Below are positions 8,569 to 18,700 of a stretch of DNA of 64,000 nt, in pieces. The DNA is from Candidatus Woesearchaeota archaeon. Its GTDB lineage: Archaea > Nanobdellota > Nanobdellia > Woesearchaeales > SKIA01. The notes under the pieces were generated by a model. That model did not search any database and was not told the origin of the DNA. It saw only the letters and a program-made list of their open reading frames with translations. The translations under genes were made by a program, and so were the position numbers. The stretch covers positions 64,001 through 128,000 of the forward strand of contig JBJKRI010000006.1 in NCBI GenBank assembly GCA_046704725.1. The letters run 5' to 3'. Numbering within the stretch: the first letter of the stretch is position 1; each line of letters begins with the position of its first letter.

Positions 8569-9746
8569 CAGCCGCCGTCGACTTCCTCTTTGGCCGAGAG
8601 ATTGTCCTGGCCGGGGACCACATCCTGGCGCTGGTAATCCCATCGGGTGAAGGGCTTTTTCGTGGAGGCGAGTTTGGCGAACCGGGGGAAGTCGATCCAC
8701 GTATGTTTTTTCCAGTCCTTGCGGGAGAGGCAGACGACACGGCTCGCCTCGTGCTCGGCCAATAACTCGTATTCGGGCAGGTGCTCGAGCACCTGCTTGG
8801 CGAAGGCGACGACCTCCTCGTGGAGCGGCATGTTCTCCAATGAGAGGCGCTGACGGCTCTCGCCCACGAACATGTACGCCTTGACCTCGATGAAATCGGG
8901 GTTGCCACGCGCGATCAGCCGCGCGTAGCCGGCGGGGTCGTGCATGTTGAGCCCCTTGATGGCGGTGAGGCGGATGCAGGTGCGAAAGTCCTTCTTCGAG
9001 AGCGCGTCCAAGGAAGCGAGCATGCGCTCCCAATAATCACTGAATAGCGGCCTGTCCACGAGCTTGAGGGTCTCTTTGTCGGGAGCGTCGATGGAGAGAT
9101 AGAGCTGCGTGACCAGGTCGAGCTTCCCGATCGCCTCCGGGTATTGCGCGTTCGTGACGAGGAACGTGCTGATGCCGCGTGAATGGAAATCGTCGCAGAT
9201 CTCGTTGATGCGCGGATAGGTGATGGGCTCCCCGGTGAGCGACAGTGCGACGTGCTTGACCTGGCGCGAAGCGCTGTACAAGAAACGGTTCGCCGTCTGC
9301 GAACCCTTGAAGCCGATGAGGAACTGGTGATGCGCCTCCAAGGCGGAGTCGATGATGAACGACGGGTCGTCCACGCCCCACTTCCAGTCCTTGCTGACGG
9401 GCGCCTTGTAGCCGCGCCAGCAGAAGGTGCACCGGTTCGCGCAACTGATGGAGGTCGTCATCTGCATGCACTGGTTGCTCATGATGCCGTAGAAGGTGAG
9501 CTTGTAACAGCCGCCCTTGCCGCGGATCATATTCTTGGTCCAGCCGCAGACCTTGACCGCGGAGTGCCTGCCCACTAATCCATAGCCCTGGTGCGTGAGC
9601 TTGGCAGCGTCAGGCGCGCGCAATTGCGCGGAGCCCTCGGAACCCGTGAACTCGGTGTCGAAATCCGTGACGCCGGCCGCGCAGCTCGAATCCACGCGCA
9701 ATCCCGCGTCCTGGGGACGCAACTCCTTGACGACGGGAAGGGACAT
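8565..9746 (-). CDS. taw1: 4-demethylwyosine synthase, radical SAM (Taw1/TYW1)
   Basis: HSAVKVCGW, CYKLTFYGI, CANRCTFCWR (CxxxCxxC), ALSLTGEP, FIEVKAYMFVG. Confidence 0.95.
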   Translation of the reverse strand: MSLPVVKELRPQDAGLRVDSSCAAGVTDFDTEFTGSEGSAQLRAPDAAKLTHQGYGLVGRHSAVKVCGWTKNMIRGKGGCYKLTFYGIMSNQCMQMTTSISCANRCTFCWRGYKAPVSKDWKWGVDDPSFIIDSALEAHHQFLIGFKGSQTANRFLYSASRQVKHVALSLTGEPITYPRINEICDDFHSRGISTFLVTNAQYPEAIGKLDLVTQLYLSIDAPDKETLKLVDRPLFSDYWERMLASLDALSKKDFRTCIRLTAIKGLNMHDPAGYARLIARGNPDFIEVKAYMFVGESRQRLSLENMPLHEEVVAFAKQVLEHLPEYELLAEHEASRVVCLSRKDWKKHTWIDFPRFAKLASTKKPFTRWDYQRQDVVPGQDNLSAKEEVDGGC

Positions 9747-9769
9747 GGTGACCGTGAATGGGCGTCCGG

Positions 9770-10462
9770 TTAAAAGGGTGTTGGAGAGGAGTCGTCGAGT
9801 GTCTTGGGACGTTCCTTGCGTTCATCGCGCAGCAGGTAGCCCTTGCTCTGGTTGCGCAGCGACGCGATGCTCCCGAAAGTGCGCCTGTCACCTTTGACCG
9901 ATTCCAGCGTACCGTACATCACATCGGTCGAATCAAGTGAATCTTCCAGACCGAGCAGATGTCCGACCTCGTGCACTGTGGTACTCAGGTACTCCTTCGG
10001 ACCATTGCTGGGAAAGGAGCCGAGAATGACTGCGTATCCGTACTGGAATCGCGCGAAACCCGAAAGGAAAGGTCCTTTGTTGCTTCCCTCTGGCACGCTG
10101 ATGACATTGTTCGCTCTGGTGAAGAGCAGGACGATGTCGTGGGGGCTCGGGCAGTCGTCGTGCGGGTTCTTGTACGGGCCTGTGGAGAACAGCAGGGTGT
10201 TCAGGTCGCCGTCGTAGACCCCTTCATCGGTTATCCGCACGTCGATATTGGCGTAGGCGCGCAGCGTCTTAGTGAGATACTCCTCTGCGTTGCTGATGCG
10301 TTTCTTGCTCACAGGGAGCTTTTTCGTGTTGAGCACGCAGACATCGAGCGTGGCGGTCTGCGCATCGCTCCTGTAGGAAGGCGATAGAGACTTCCCGAAT
10401 GCCATCACCGCAGCCAGAGCGGCCACGAGCGAAGCGCCAGCCACAACCGAACGACCATTCAT
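9770..10462 (-). CDS. secreted zinc metalloprotease (matrixin/metzincin-like)
   Basis: N-terminal hydrophobic segment; HEVGHLLGLED (Asp as third ligand) and Met-turn DVMY. Confidence 0.75.
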   Translation of the reverse strand: MNGRSVVAGASLVAALAAVMAFGKSLSPSYRSDAQTATLDVCVLNTKKLPVSKKRISNAEEYLTKTLRAYANIDVRITDEGVYDGDLNTLLFSTGPYKNPHDDCPSPHDIVLLFTRANNVISVPEGSNKGPFLSGFARFQYGYAVILGSFPSNGPKEYLSTTVHEVGHLLGLEDSLDSTDVMYGTLESVKGDRRTFGSIASLRNQSKGYLLRDERKERPKTLDDSSPTPF

Positions 10463-10533
10463 AGTCACTTGTTAGTGGTTAATTTATAAGAAATCTTATG
10501 GAAAATAAAGCCTTCAAACCATCCGCACAGGCC

Positions 10534-11022
10534 TCAGGCGCGGATGTTGACGGGGACGTGCTCGCGGAGCAGGTCGGCCACGCTCTCGTGGTCGCGCACG
10601 TGAAGCAGGCGCCAATGCCCGGGACCGCGCGAAAGCATGTTCTTTTCGCGGGTGGCGAACGGGATGTCGAGCCAGAAGGTGCGGGTCTTACGCACCCGGT
10701 CAGCGAGCTTGCAGTAGACGACGACACGCTTGATGTCCTGATAGGGGATCAATACGTTCGCGCCGCGCGCAGAGACGAAACGCACTCCAGAACCGGTCAG
10801 TTGGTAGCTGCGCACGGCCGCGCGGCTCTTCTCGAGGATGACGAGGAAGCACAGGATGAAAAAGCCCGTCTCGAGGATGGCGAACAACGGAGGCAGTTTG
10901 GGCAGGATGACGAGGAACGTGATGGCGAGCAGCAACAGCAGTCCCCACCAGGCGTAATAGAAGATGTTCACGCCGGAATCGGGATATCCTTCCCAAAAGA
11001 TCTCGTGGGTCTTGCTTGCCAT
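10534..11022 (-). CDS. membrane protein with possible bacterial PH-like domain
   Basis: two TM helices, then YQLTGSGV...IPYQDI pattern. Confidence 0.5.
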   Translation of the reverse strand: MASKTHEIFWEGYPDSGVNIFYYAWWGLLLLLAITFLVILPKLPPLFAILETGFFILCFLVILEKSRAAVRSYQLTGSGVRFVSARGANVLIPYQDIKRVVVYCKLADRVRKTRTFWLDIPFATREKNMLSRGPGHWRLLHVRDHESVADLLREHVPVNIRA

Positions 11023-11061
11023 GCGTGTTCTCGTGCCGCCCTCCTCAAATACCTTTCGGGC

Positions 11062-11400
11062 CTAGAAGACCATGCCGAAGATTTGGAGGAGCATGCCCAG
11101 GACGAGCAGGAACAGGCCCACCATGACCATGAAGCGCTCTGTCACCAAGCGCACCAGGACCTCCTGGTGGTTCTTGTGCTTGGGGTGCTCGGCGATGAAC
11201 AAGGCATCATCGTTGGTGCGCACAAGGCCCAAGGAGAGCAGCAATACGCCGCTGATCTCGATGAACAGGCCCAGAACGCCGATATGCAATACCGACGAGA
11301 TATCCACCATGATCGCGATGACGATGACCACGACCAGGACGAGCGCGATGAGAAACTTCTGCCAGTTGGGAATCCTCACCCGAAATTCCATGTCTGCCAC
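11062..11400 (-). CDS. small membrane protein
   Basis: three hydrophobic helices; TTAAATA upstream. Confidence 0.6.
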   Translation of the reverse strand: MADMEFRVRIPNWQKFLIALVLVVVIVIAIMVDISSVLHIGVLGLFIEISGVLLLSLGLVRTNDDALFIAEHPKHKNHQEVLVRLVTERFMVMVGLFLLVLGMLLQIFGMVF

Positions 11401-11432
11401 CCCTGAATCCCGTGGACCGGCCTATTTAAGGC

Positions 11433-12044
11433 TTACGCCCTGGGCTGCGGGACGTGCGCAGAGGGAAGGACACGCGGCATCGACCGCGCGGGGACGACCG
11501 TCCTCAGACGGAGCTCCACAAGACCGAGGACTTGGTCGAGCGCTTGGCGCTTTCGTCTCGGAAGGGTTTGGAGGAAATCCCTCCTACCATACCATCGTGC
11601 GAACGGAGGCTGCGTCTCTGCTTGGAATTCGACCGCGAGCTCGGGATGGAGCTCTTCCCAAGGGCGAACGGGGATCCCATAGATGTGGATGCACTTGTCC
11701 GGATGGCCCTCCTTGGGTCGTCCGCCGATGATGAAGAAATTGCCGATGGGGAACGCATCATATGTCATGATATCCGCTTCCTGCTTGGCCTCCCTGATGA
11801 CCGCCGCCAGGGGCCGGTCCGACGTGAGGCGTGCTCGACCGAAGGTGTTCTGTTCGTCAACGCCGCCCGTGAACAGACCAGGCACATAGCCACCAACATC
11901 ATTCCGCCATCGATGGAGCAAGGCGTACTCCCCCTGTGACGCACCGTTCCCATCCACGCGCACGAAGATGTTCGCGATCTCGCTGCGGTGTGGAAAACAC
12001 GTGTGTTCCGGACCAGCAGGTTGCAGGCGATAGTTTAGCGTCAT
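11433..12044 (-). CDS. divergent Nudix-fold protein
   Basis: YALLHRW, GLFTGGVDE...AAVIREAKQEADI resembles a Nudix box with an insertion; start 12044 or 12065. Confidence 0.5.
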   Translation of the reverse strand: MTLNYRLQPAGPEHTCFPHRSEIANIFVRVDGNGASQGEYALLHRWRNDVGGYVPGLFTGGVDEQNTFGRARLTSDRPLAAVIREAKQEADIMTYDAFPIGNFFIIGGRPKEGHPDKCIHIYGIPVRPWEELHPELAVEFQAETQPPFARWYGRRDFLQTLPRRKRQALDQVLGLVELRLRTVVPARSMPRVLPSAHVPQPRA

Positions 12045-12130
12045 AGGAAGCGTATTGTGCTGCAATACACCATTTTTAAATAATGAGTACTACTATATAA
12101 TAGTTACTTCTTGGAACGAGATTGAAAGGC

Positions 12131-12137
12131 TTATAAA
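12131..12137 (+). promoter_or_regulatory. TATA box for rps15 transcript
   Basis: TTATAAA preceded by purine-rich GAAAGG, ~100 bp before the ATG, implying a long 5' UTR. Confidence 0.6.
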
Positions 12138-12167
12138 CGGACGGGCGTTCCGCACGACCACCGAGAG

Positions 12168-12222
12168 GCGGACCGGTCCGTGAGGGCTTGTCCGCGCTGG
12201 AGGGACACCAGATTCTTCCAGC
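12168..12222 (+). ncRNA. putative cis-regulatory ribosomal-protein leader (two adjacent hairpins)
   Basis: GCGGAC-c-GGTCC[GTGA]GGGCT-t-GTCCGC and GCTGGAGGGA[CACCAGA]TTCTTCCAGC directly upstream of rps15. Confidence 0.5.
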
Positions 12223-12236
12223 CATAGGAAACACAC

Positions 12237-12692
12237 ATGGCACGAATGCACAGCAGGAAGCGCGGCAAGGCGGCGAGCAGCAAGCCGATCGGCCGGCCAG
12301 CGCCCAAAGGACTCAAGCTCACCGCGAAGCAGATCGAGGAACTCGTCCTCAAGCTCGGGAAAGAAGGCATGCCCGCGTCACGCATCGGACTTGCGCTGCG
12401 AGACGAGCACGGCGTTCCCGACGTCAAAGCGGTGACGGGAAAGCGCATCGCGCGCATCCTCGCCGACAACAAAGCGCAGCCCGAGCTGCCGGAAGACCTC
12501 GTCGCACTCATCAGGAAAGCAGTCCTGTTGAGGAAGCACCTCGAGAGCAACGCGCACGACGAGCCGGCGAAACGCGGGCTCACGCTCACCGAGAGCAAGG
12601 TCCTGCGCCTCACGCGCCACTACAAGAAGACCGGCCGCGTAAAGGCGAGCTGGAACTACAACCCCAAGGAAGCGAGCTACCTCGCCGAATAA
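12237..12692 (+). CDS. rps15: 30S ribosomal protein uS15 (archaeal S15/S13e type)
   Basis: MARMHSRKRGK, IGLALRDEHGVPDVK, LPEDL, ESKVLRLTRHYK, WNY. Confidence 0.98.
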   Translation: MARMHSRKRGKAASSKPIGRPAPKGLKLTAKQIEELVLKLGKEGMPASRIGLALRDEHGVPDVKAVTGKRIARILADNKAQPELPEDLVALIRKAVLLRKHLESNAHDEPAKRGLTLTESKVLRLTRHYKKTGRVKASWNYNPKEASYLAE

Positions 12693-12731
12693 GGGATTTC
12701 TTTCCCCTCTCTTTTGTCCATCCACTTGCTC

Positions 12732-15700
12732 CTATCCATACACGACCGTGCTATACGTCGGGCTCGACACGCCGAGCAGCGCGTCAGGATACCAATCGCC
12801 CGAGCCGGTCACATTCATGGCGACCTGCGCGGTCTGGCCCGCCGTGAGGTTATCGAAGTGCCAGCGCACCGCAAGACCGGGGTCCGCCCCGGTCACCGTC
12901 GATGATGAGACGGGTGTGAGGTTGTACGATCCCGTAAGGCCGTCATGCACGAGCGAGTACAAGGACACGTTCTGCTGGGTGTAGTTCTGCAGGTTGGTCA
13001 CGTTCAAGAGGACCTGCCACTCGTCCGCTGAGAGGTTGCGCAACTCGTATGACGTCGAGAGGTTGACGAGCGACTGGATCGTGATATTGTTCTGCGCGGT
13101 CATATTCCAGAAGTAGAGCTTGCCGCACGTGATGTTATAGCGGGCGATGCCCTCGATATAGTACGGGCTGTTCGCGCTCCAGAGCTTGAGCGAAGAGTCG
13201 TACGTCATCGAGACGTTCGAGCCGTCATACCGGGTGAGGGTACAGGTCCCGGTGGTGATGGGCGCTCCGGACGGCGCGGTCCAGTTCGCGAAGTGGAAGG
13301 CGTCCTGTCCGACGTAGGTCAGGTAGCCGTAGAGGTCCTGCTCGTCGAAGGCCGACAGGTTGCTGATGCCCCACAAAGCGAACGAGCGCAGCGGCACCGT
13401 CGTGTTGAAGAAGTACGCCGCAGAGACGTTCACCGACGTGTTCCAGATGCCCGGGTCGACGGTCGAGGGAAACACGTACGAGCCGTTCCACATCGTCCCG
13501 GTCAAGGCGAGCGGCACGCTGATATTGCCCGTGTACGGCTCGATGAGGACGTCATCCGCCGAGAGGTTGTACGAAGAGTCGAGCGCGCCCGCGCTCTCCG
13601 GACCGGGCGTGGTGATGTTGACGAGGAACGTCGCGTTGTTCGTCTGGTTGTACTGGGCGTTGGGGTCTGAGGAGTTGAAGTACGTGACATTGAGCGAGCC
13701 ATAGACCGCTATCGTTCTCGTCCTGTTCGGCGCGGCCTTGTCCGCGTAGGCACCCCACTCATAGAGCCCGGCCGCCACCGTGCTGTTAGGGTTCCAATAG
13801 AGTGTGGTGTTTCCGCCCGCGATGGTCGTGTTCTGCCCGATGAGGATTCCCGCAGAACCGGACGGGTCCAGACGGTTCATGAGCGTGAAGTTCACGAGCA
13901 CGCCAGCCACAGCGTGATCCATGTTCACGACGAGCTTGACCGTGTCGTTCATGGTGGCTGACGCGTTGTCACGGTCGACCGCGGTGTCGTTCGCCGGCGA
14001 GAGGTCGTTGATGGCGGTCTTGTTCACAATGAACGTGTCGGACACGTTCTGCGGCACGTAGTACTTGTCGCTGCAGTACACGTTGTCCGTGAAGTTCCCG
14101 TCGTTGGAGAAGTTCGTCCAGTAGACGTACAACCCGGTCCCGGCGTCATAGGTCATGTTCGCGTACGCCCCGAACGAACCCGTGTCGTTGAAGCGGATCT
14201 CACAGGTCGTGTTCGACGTGTTGATGGGAGTGTTGGCGCTGTCCGAGTAGTTCGCGTAGAACGTGAAGTTCTGATAGACGCGCTTGATACCGAAGTCGCT
14301 CTGGTCGCTGAGCGTGAGATTGGACAATCCGATGAGCACGAACGACCGGTTCGTCGTGTCGACGTAGAAGTGATTCGCCGACACGTTTACCAGCGCGACC
14401 CAATCGCCCACTTCCGCCGTCAGGGAGAAGGTGTGCGAACCGTTCCAGATGGTCCCGCCATACAGCATCTGGGCGATGCTCGATGCGGTCGTCGGGGGCA
14501 TGAGCGTCGTGTTCATGGACGCCAGGTACGAAGCGTTGATCTCCGCACCGGTCTCCGGGCCGAGGCTCGCGAGGGTCGCGTTGATATCTGCGGTCTGCGT
14601 CTGGTTGTACTCGGCGTTCGGGTCGAGCGTCGCGCTCTGGAACGAGACGTTCAGGCCGCCCTTCACGTCCACCGTCCGGGTATTGTTCGCGAGGCCCGCT
14701 CCCGAATCGTTCGCCCACCAGGAGTGCGTTCCCGCATAGACCGTGCCGTTCGGGTTCCAATAGAGGACTGCAGCTCCGGAGCTGTTGGTCTGGTTCTTCC
14801 CGATCTCGATGACGCCCACGCCCAATGACGGGCTCGTCAGGTTGGCGTAGAACGTGAAATTCCTTGCAGGGATGCTCGATGATGCCTGTGCGACGAGACG
14901 CACGACATCAGGGTCGGACGAGACGCTATCACGGTCCACGACCGTGCCGTTCGTTGGGCTCGCGGAGTCGATGTAGTACGGGGTGACCGTTACCTGTGTG
15001 GTCGCGTTGGGCGCGTCGCCCGCCTTGTAGTAGATGGCAGGCTGGGATACGAACACGCACGTGACGTTGAAGGTGCCTTGGGTGTTGATCGCGAAACTCC
15101 TCTGCGCCCAGCCCGTGGCGTTGGTCGTGGCATTGCCCTGCAGCGTGCCGTTCCAGTAGAACGCGACCTGCGCTCCTGGCACGGAAGCGTTCGTATGCTC
15201 GTCCTGCAAGCGGCACTGGAGCGTGGCGTTGCTGAAGACCGGTATGGAGCTCGAGACGAGGGTCGCGTTCGTGATGTTCGCGTAGCCGTAGACGGTGAAG
15301 TTCTTGTTCGCGACACCTGTGGCGATCATGTAGTCCGCCGTCGCGTTGGCGGAGACGTTCCAGACCCCTACGCCCGACAGGTCGAGGAGGTTGAAGGTGT
15401 CAAGCCAGTACGGACTGGTGTACGACGCGTTGCTGACGGACTGTCCGTTCACCGACACGTACGTCACGTTCACGCTCCCGAGGTACGAGCCGTTCAGCTG
15501 GTCGCGCGTCTCCGGACCGACCGTCGTGAGGTTCAACGCAGCGGTCGCGGTGCCGTTCTGGTCGTAGGTGGACGCTGGATCCTGCGCGCTGCTGTTGAAG
15601 ACGAGGTGGAGCGCTCCGTAGACGTCGTACGTGCGGGAGCCGTTCGATGATCCCTGGGCGCTCGTGGCGTCCCAGACCCAGTGGCCCGCACGGACCGTGC

Positions 15701-18700
15701 TGCTCGGGTCATAGGTCAGGACGGCATAGCCGCCGCTCGTGGTGTTCGAGCCGAGCGTGAGCGGCCCCTGCGACACTGGTGTCGACGTGTTCGCGCCGAA
15801 TGTCACGGTGACGCCGTCAGGCACCCAGGACGGGACGGAGACATTGAGCAGGATGCTGTCCGGCATGGAGGCCGACGCGGAGTCGCGGTCCACCTGCGTG
15901 CTGTTCGACGGCGAGACCGGTGTGATGGGGAACGGCAGGACCGTCAGGCTCGCGTTCTGGCCAGGAGCGTTGCCCGCGTAGTAGTAGATGCCGAGCTGAT
16001 CGGAGACGTTGCAAGACACGCTGTAGGATCCTGTGGTGTTCGTCTGGAAGCTATACGTCACGCCACCGGAACTGTTCGTCGTGTTCGTGCCGAGCAACGT
16101 GCTGTTCCTGTAGAACAAGACCGTCGCACCAGCGACGGAGACGTTCGTGTCCTGGTCACGCACCTCGCACGATTGGGCGGTCGATTGGAAGGCATAGATC
16201 GTGGAGGAGGCGAGCGACGCGGATGTCACGTTCATATAGCCGTAGATCGTCGTGTTCCGCTGGGACGCGGAGACGTTCAGGAAGTACGACGCCGAAGCAT
16301 TGCCGGAGACGGTCCAATTCCCGACGCCTGCCAAGGCGAGCAGGCTGTAGGATCCCTGCCAGTAGGGGTCCAGGAACGTCGTCGTGTTCGTGTCATTGCC
16401 GTTCACGCTCGAGACATTCATCTGGACGACGCCAGAGTACGACGCGTTGAGCTGCGAACGCGTCTCCGGACCAGGGCTCGTGTAGTTGAAGCGTACGCGC
16501 ATCGTCTGGTTCTGCGTGTAGTTCTTGTTCGGGTCAGCGGTCGCGTTCCAGAAGACGAGCGACGGCGTGCCATAGCTGGTGTAGGTGCGCGTGCCGTTGA
16601 TCCCACCATCGGCACCAGAACCCCACCAGGAATGCACGCCGGCATACGTCGTGGAGTTCGGGTTGTAATAGAGCACCGCGTGGCCTCCGACGGTCGTGTT
16701 CGTACCGATCGTCGTCGGACCGACGGCGAACGGAGACGTCAGGTTCTGGGAGAACGTGATATTCACGCCGTCCGGCACGTAGGACGGCACGGAGATGTTG
16801 AGCAGGATGACGTCGGGGATGCTCGCGCTGCCGGAATCACGGTCCACAGCCGTGGCGTTCGACGGCGAGACCGGCGTGACGGGGAAGGGATACACCGTGA
16901 TGAACGCGCTCTGGCCCGGCGTGTTTCCGGCGAGGTAATAGATGCTCGGTTGATCGGAGACATTGCAGGTCACTTTGTACGTGCCGGAGGAGTTCGTCTG
17001 GAAGGAGAAGGAGGCGGATCCCATGCTGTTCGTCGTGTTCGTGCCGAGCAATGTGGAGTTCCGATAGAACGACACTATCGCTCCCTGGACCGCTGCATTC
17101 GTGTGTTGGTCGTTCACCAGGCAGGTCTGCGTGACGTATTGGTAATCGAACGACGAGAGGGGAGTGGTCGACGAGGCGACCACGTCCATGTAGCCGTAGA
17201 CCGTCGTGTTCCGGCCAGCCATCGAAGCGGGGAAGAAGTACGACGCCGAAGCATTGCCGGAGACCGTCCAATTCCCGACGCCGGCCAAGGTGAGCAGGCC
17301 GTACGAACCAGTCCAATACGGACTGAAGAACGTCGTCGTGTTCGTGTCATTGCCGTTCACGCTCGAGACATTGACCTGCACGGCGCCACCATAGGATGCA
17401 TTGAGTTCGCTCCTGGTCTCGGGACCGAGACTCGTGAGGTTGTACCTCGCGACGAGAGTGCCGTTCTCCGTATAGTTCGCGTTCGGATACGTGGAAGAGT
17501 TCCAGAACGTCAGATTGAGAGCGCCCCACTCATCATACGTCCGCGTGCCGTTCTCCCCGCCGTCAGGACCGGCAGCCCACCACGCGTGGACACCCGAATA
17601 CGTGGTAGCGTTCGGGTTATAATACAGGACGGCGTGACCGCCGATCGTCGTGTTCGAACCGATCGTCGTGGGACCGACAGCGAACGGAGACGTCAGGTTC
17701 TGCGAGAACGTGATAGCGACGCCATTCGGGACGTACGACGGCACAGAGACATTCAGCAAGACGACATCGGGCATGGTCGCGTTCACGCTGTCACGATCGA
17801 CCGCGGTGGCGTTCGCTGGACTGATTGGCGTGACCGGGAAGGGCAGGACGGTCAGGGACGCGCTCTGGCCGGGGGCGTCGCCAGCGTAATAGTAGATGCC
17901 GAGTTGGTCGGAGACGTTGCAGCTCACAGCGTACGTTCCGGAGACGTTCGTCTGGAAGCTATACGTCACGCCGCCAGAGCTGTTCGTCGTGTTCGTGCCC
18001 AGGAGCGTCGAATTGCGGTAGAACGACACTGTGGCTCCCTGGATCGCGACGCCGGTGTGCTCGTCACGCACCGCGCACGCCTGGAACGTGGACTGGTATG
18101 AGTAGATCGTCGACGGGGATAGCGAGGCGGAGGTCACGTTCATGTAGCCGTACACCGTCGTGTTCCGATTGGCGATGGATGCGGGGAAGAAGTACGATGC
18201 CGAAGCATTGCCGGAAACGTTCCACTTACCCACACCCTTCAAGGCGAGCAGGCCGTACGAACCAGTCCAATACGGACTGAAGAACGTCGTCGTGTTCGTA
18301 TCATTGCCGTTCACGCTCGAGACATTGAGCTGCACGGCACCGGAATAGGTCGCATTGAGCTGGGAGCGCGACTCGGGACCGAGGCTCGTCAGGTTAAAGC
18401 GAGCGACGAGCGTGCCGTTCTGCGTGTAGTTCGCGGCCGGATAGAACGAGGCATTCCAGAAAGTCAGATTCAGCCCGCCGTACTCGTCATACGTCCTTGT
18501 GCCGTTCGGGTCCCCGGCTGTCCCGGAATCACCGTACCAGCGATAGGCGCCAGCATAGCTGCTGCTGTTCGGGTTATAGTAAAGCACAGCGTGGCCTCCG
18601 AGCGTGATGTTCGAGCCGAGAGTGTATGGACCTCCGGTGAACGGAGCGGTCCTGTTCGCGTAGAACGTGATCGTCACGCCGTCGCTCACCTGCGAGGGCA

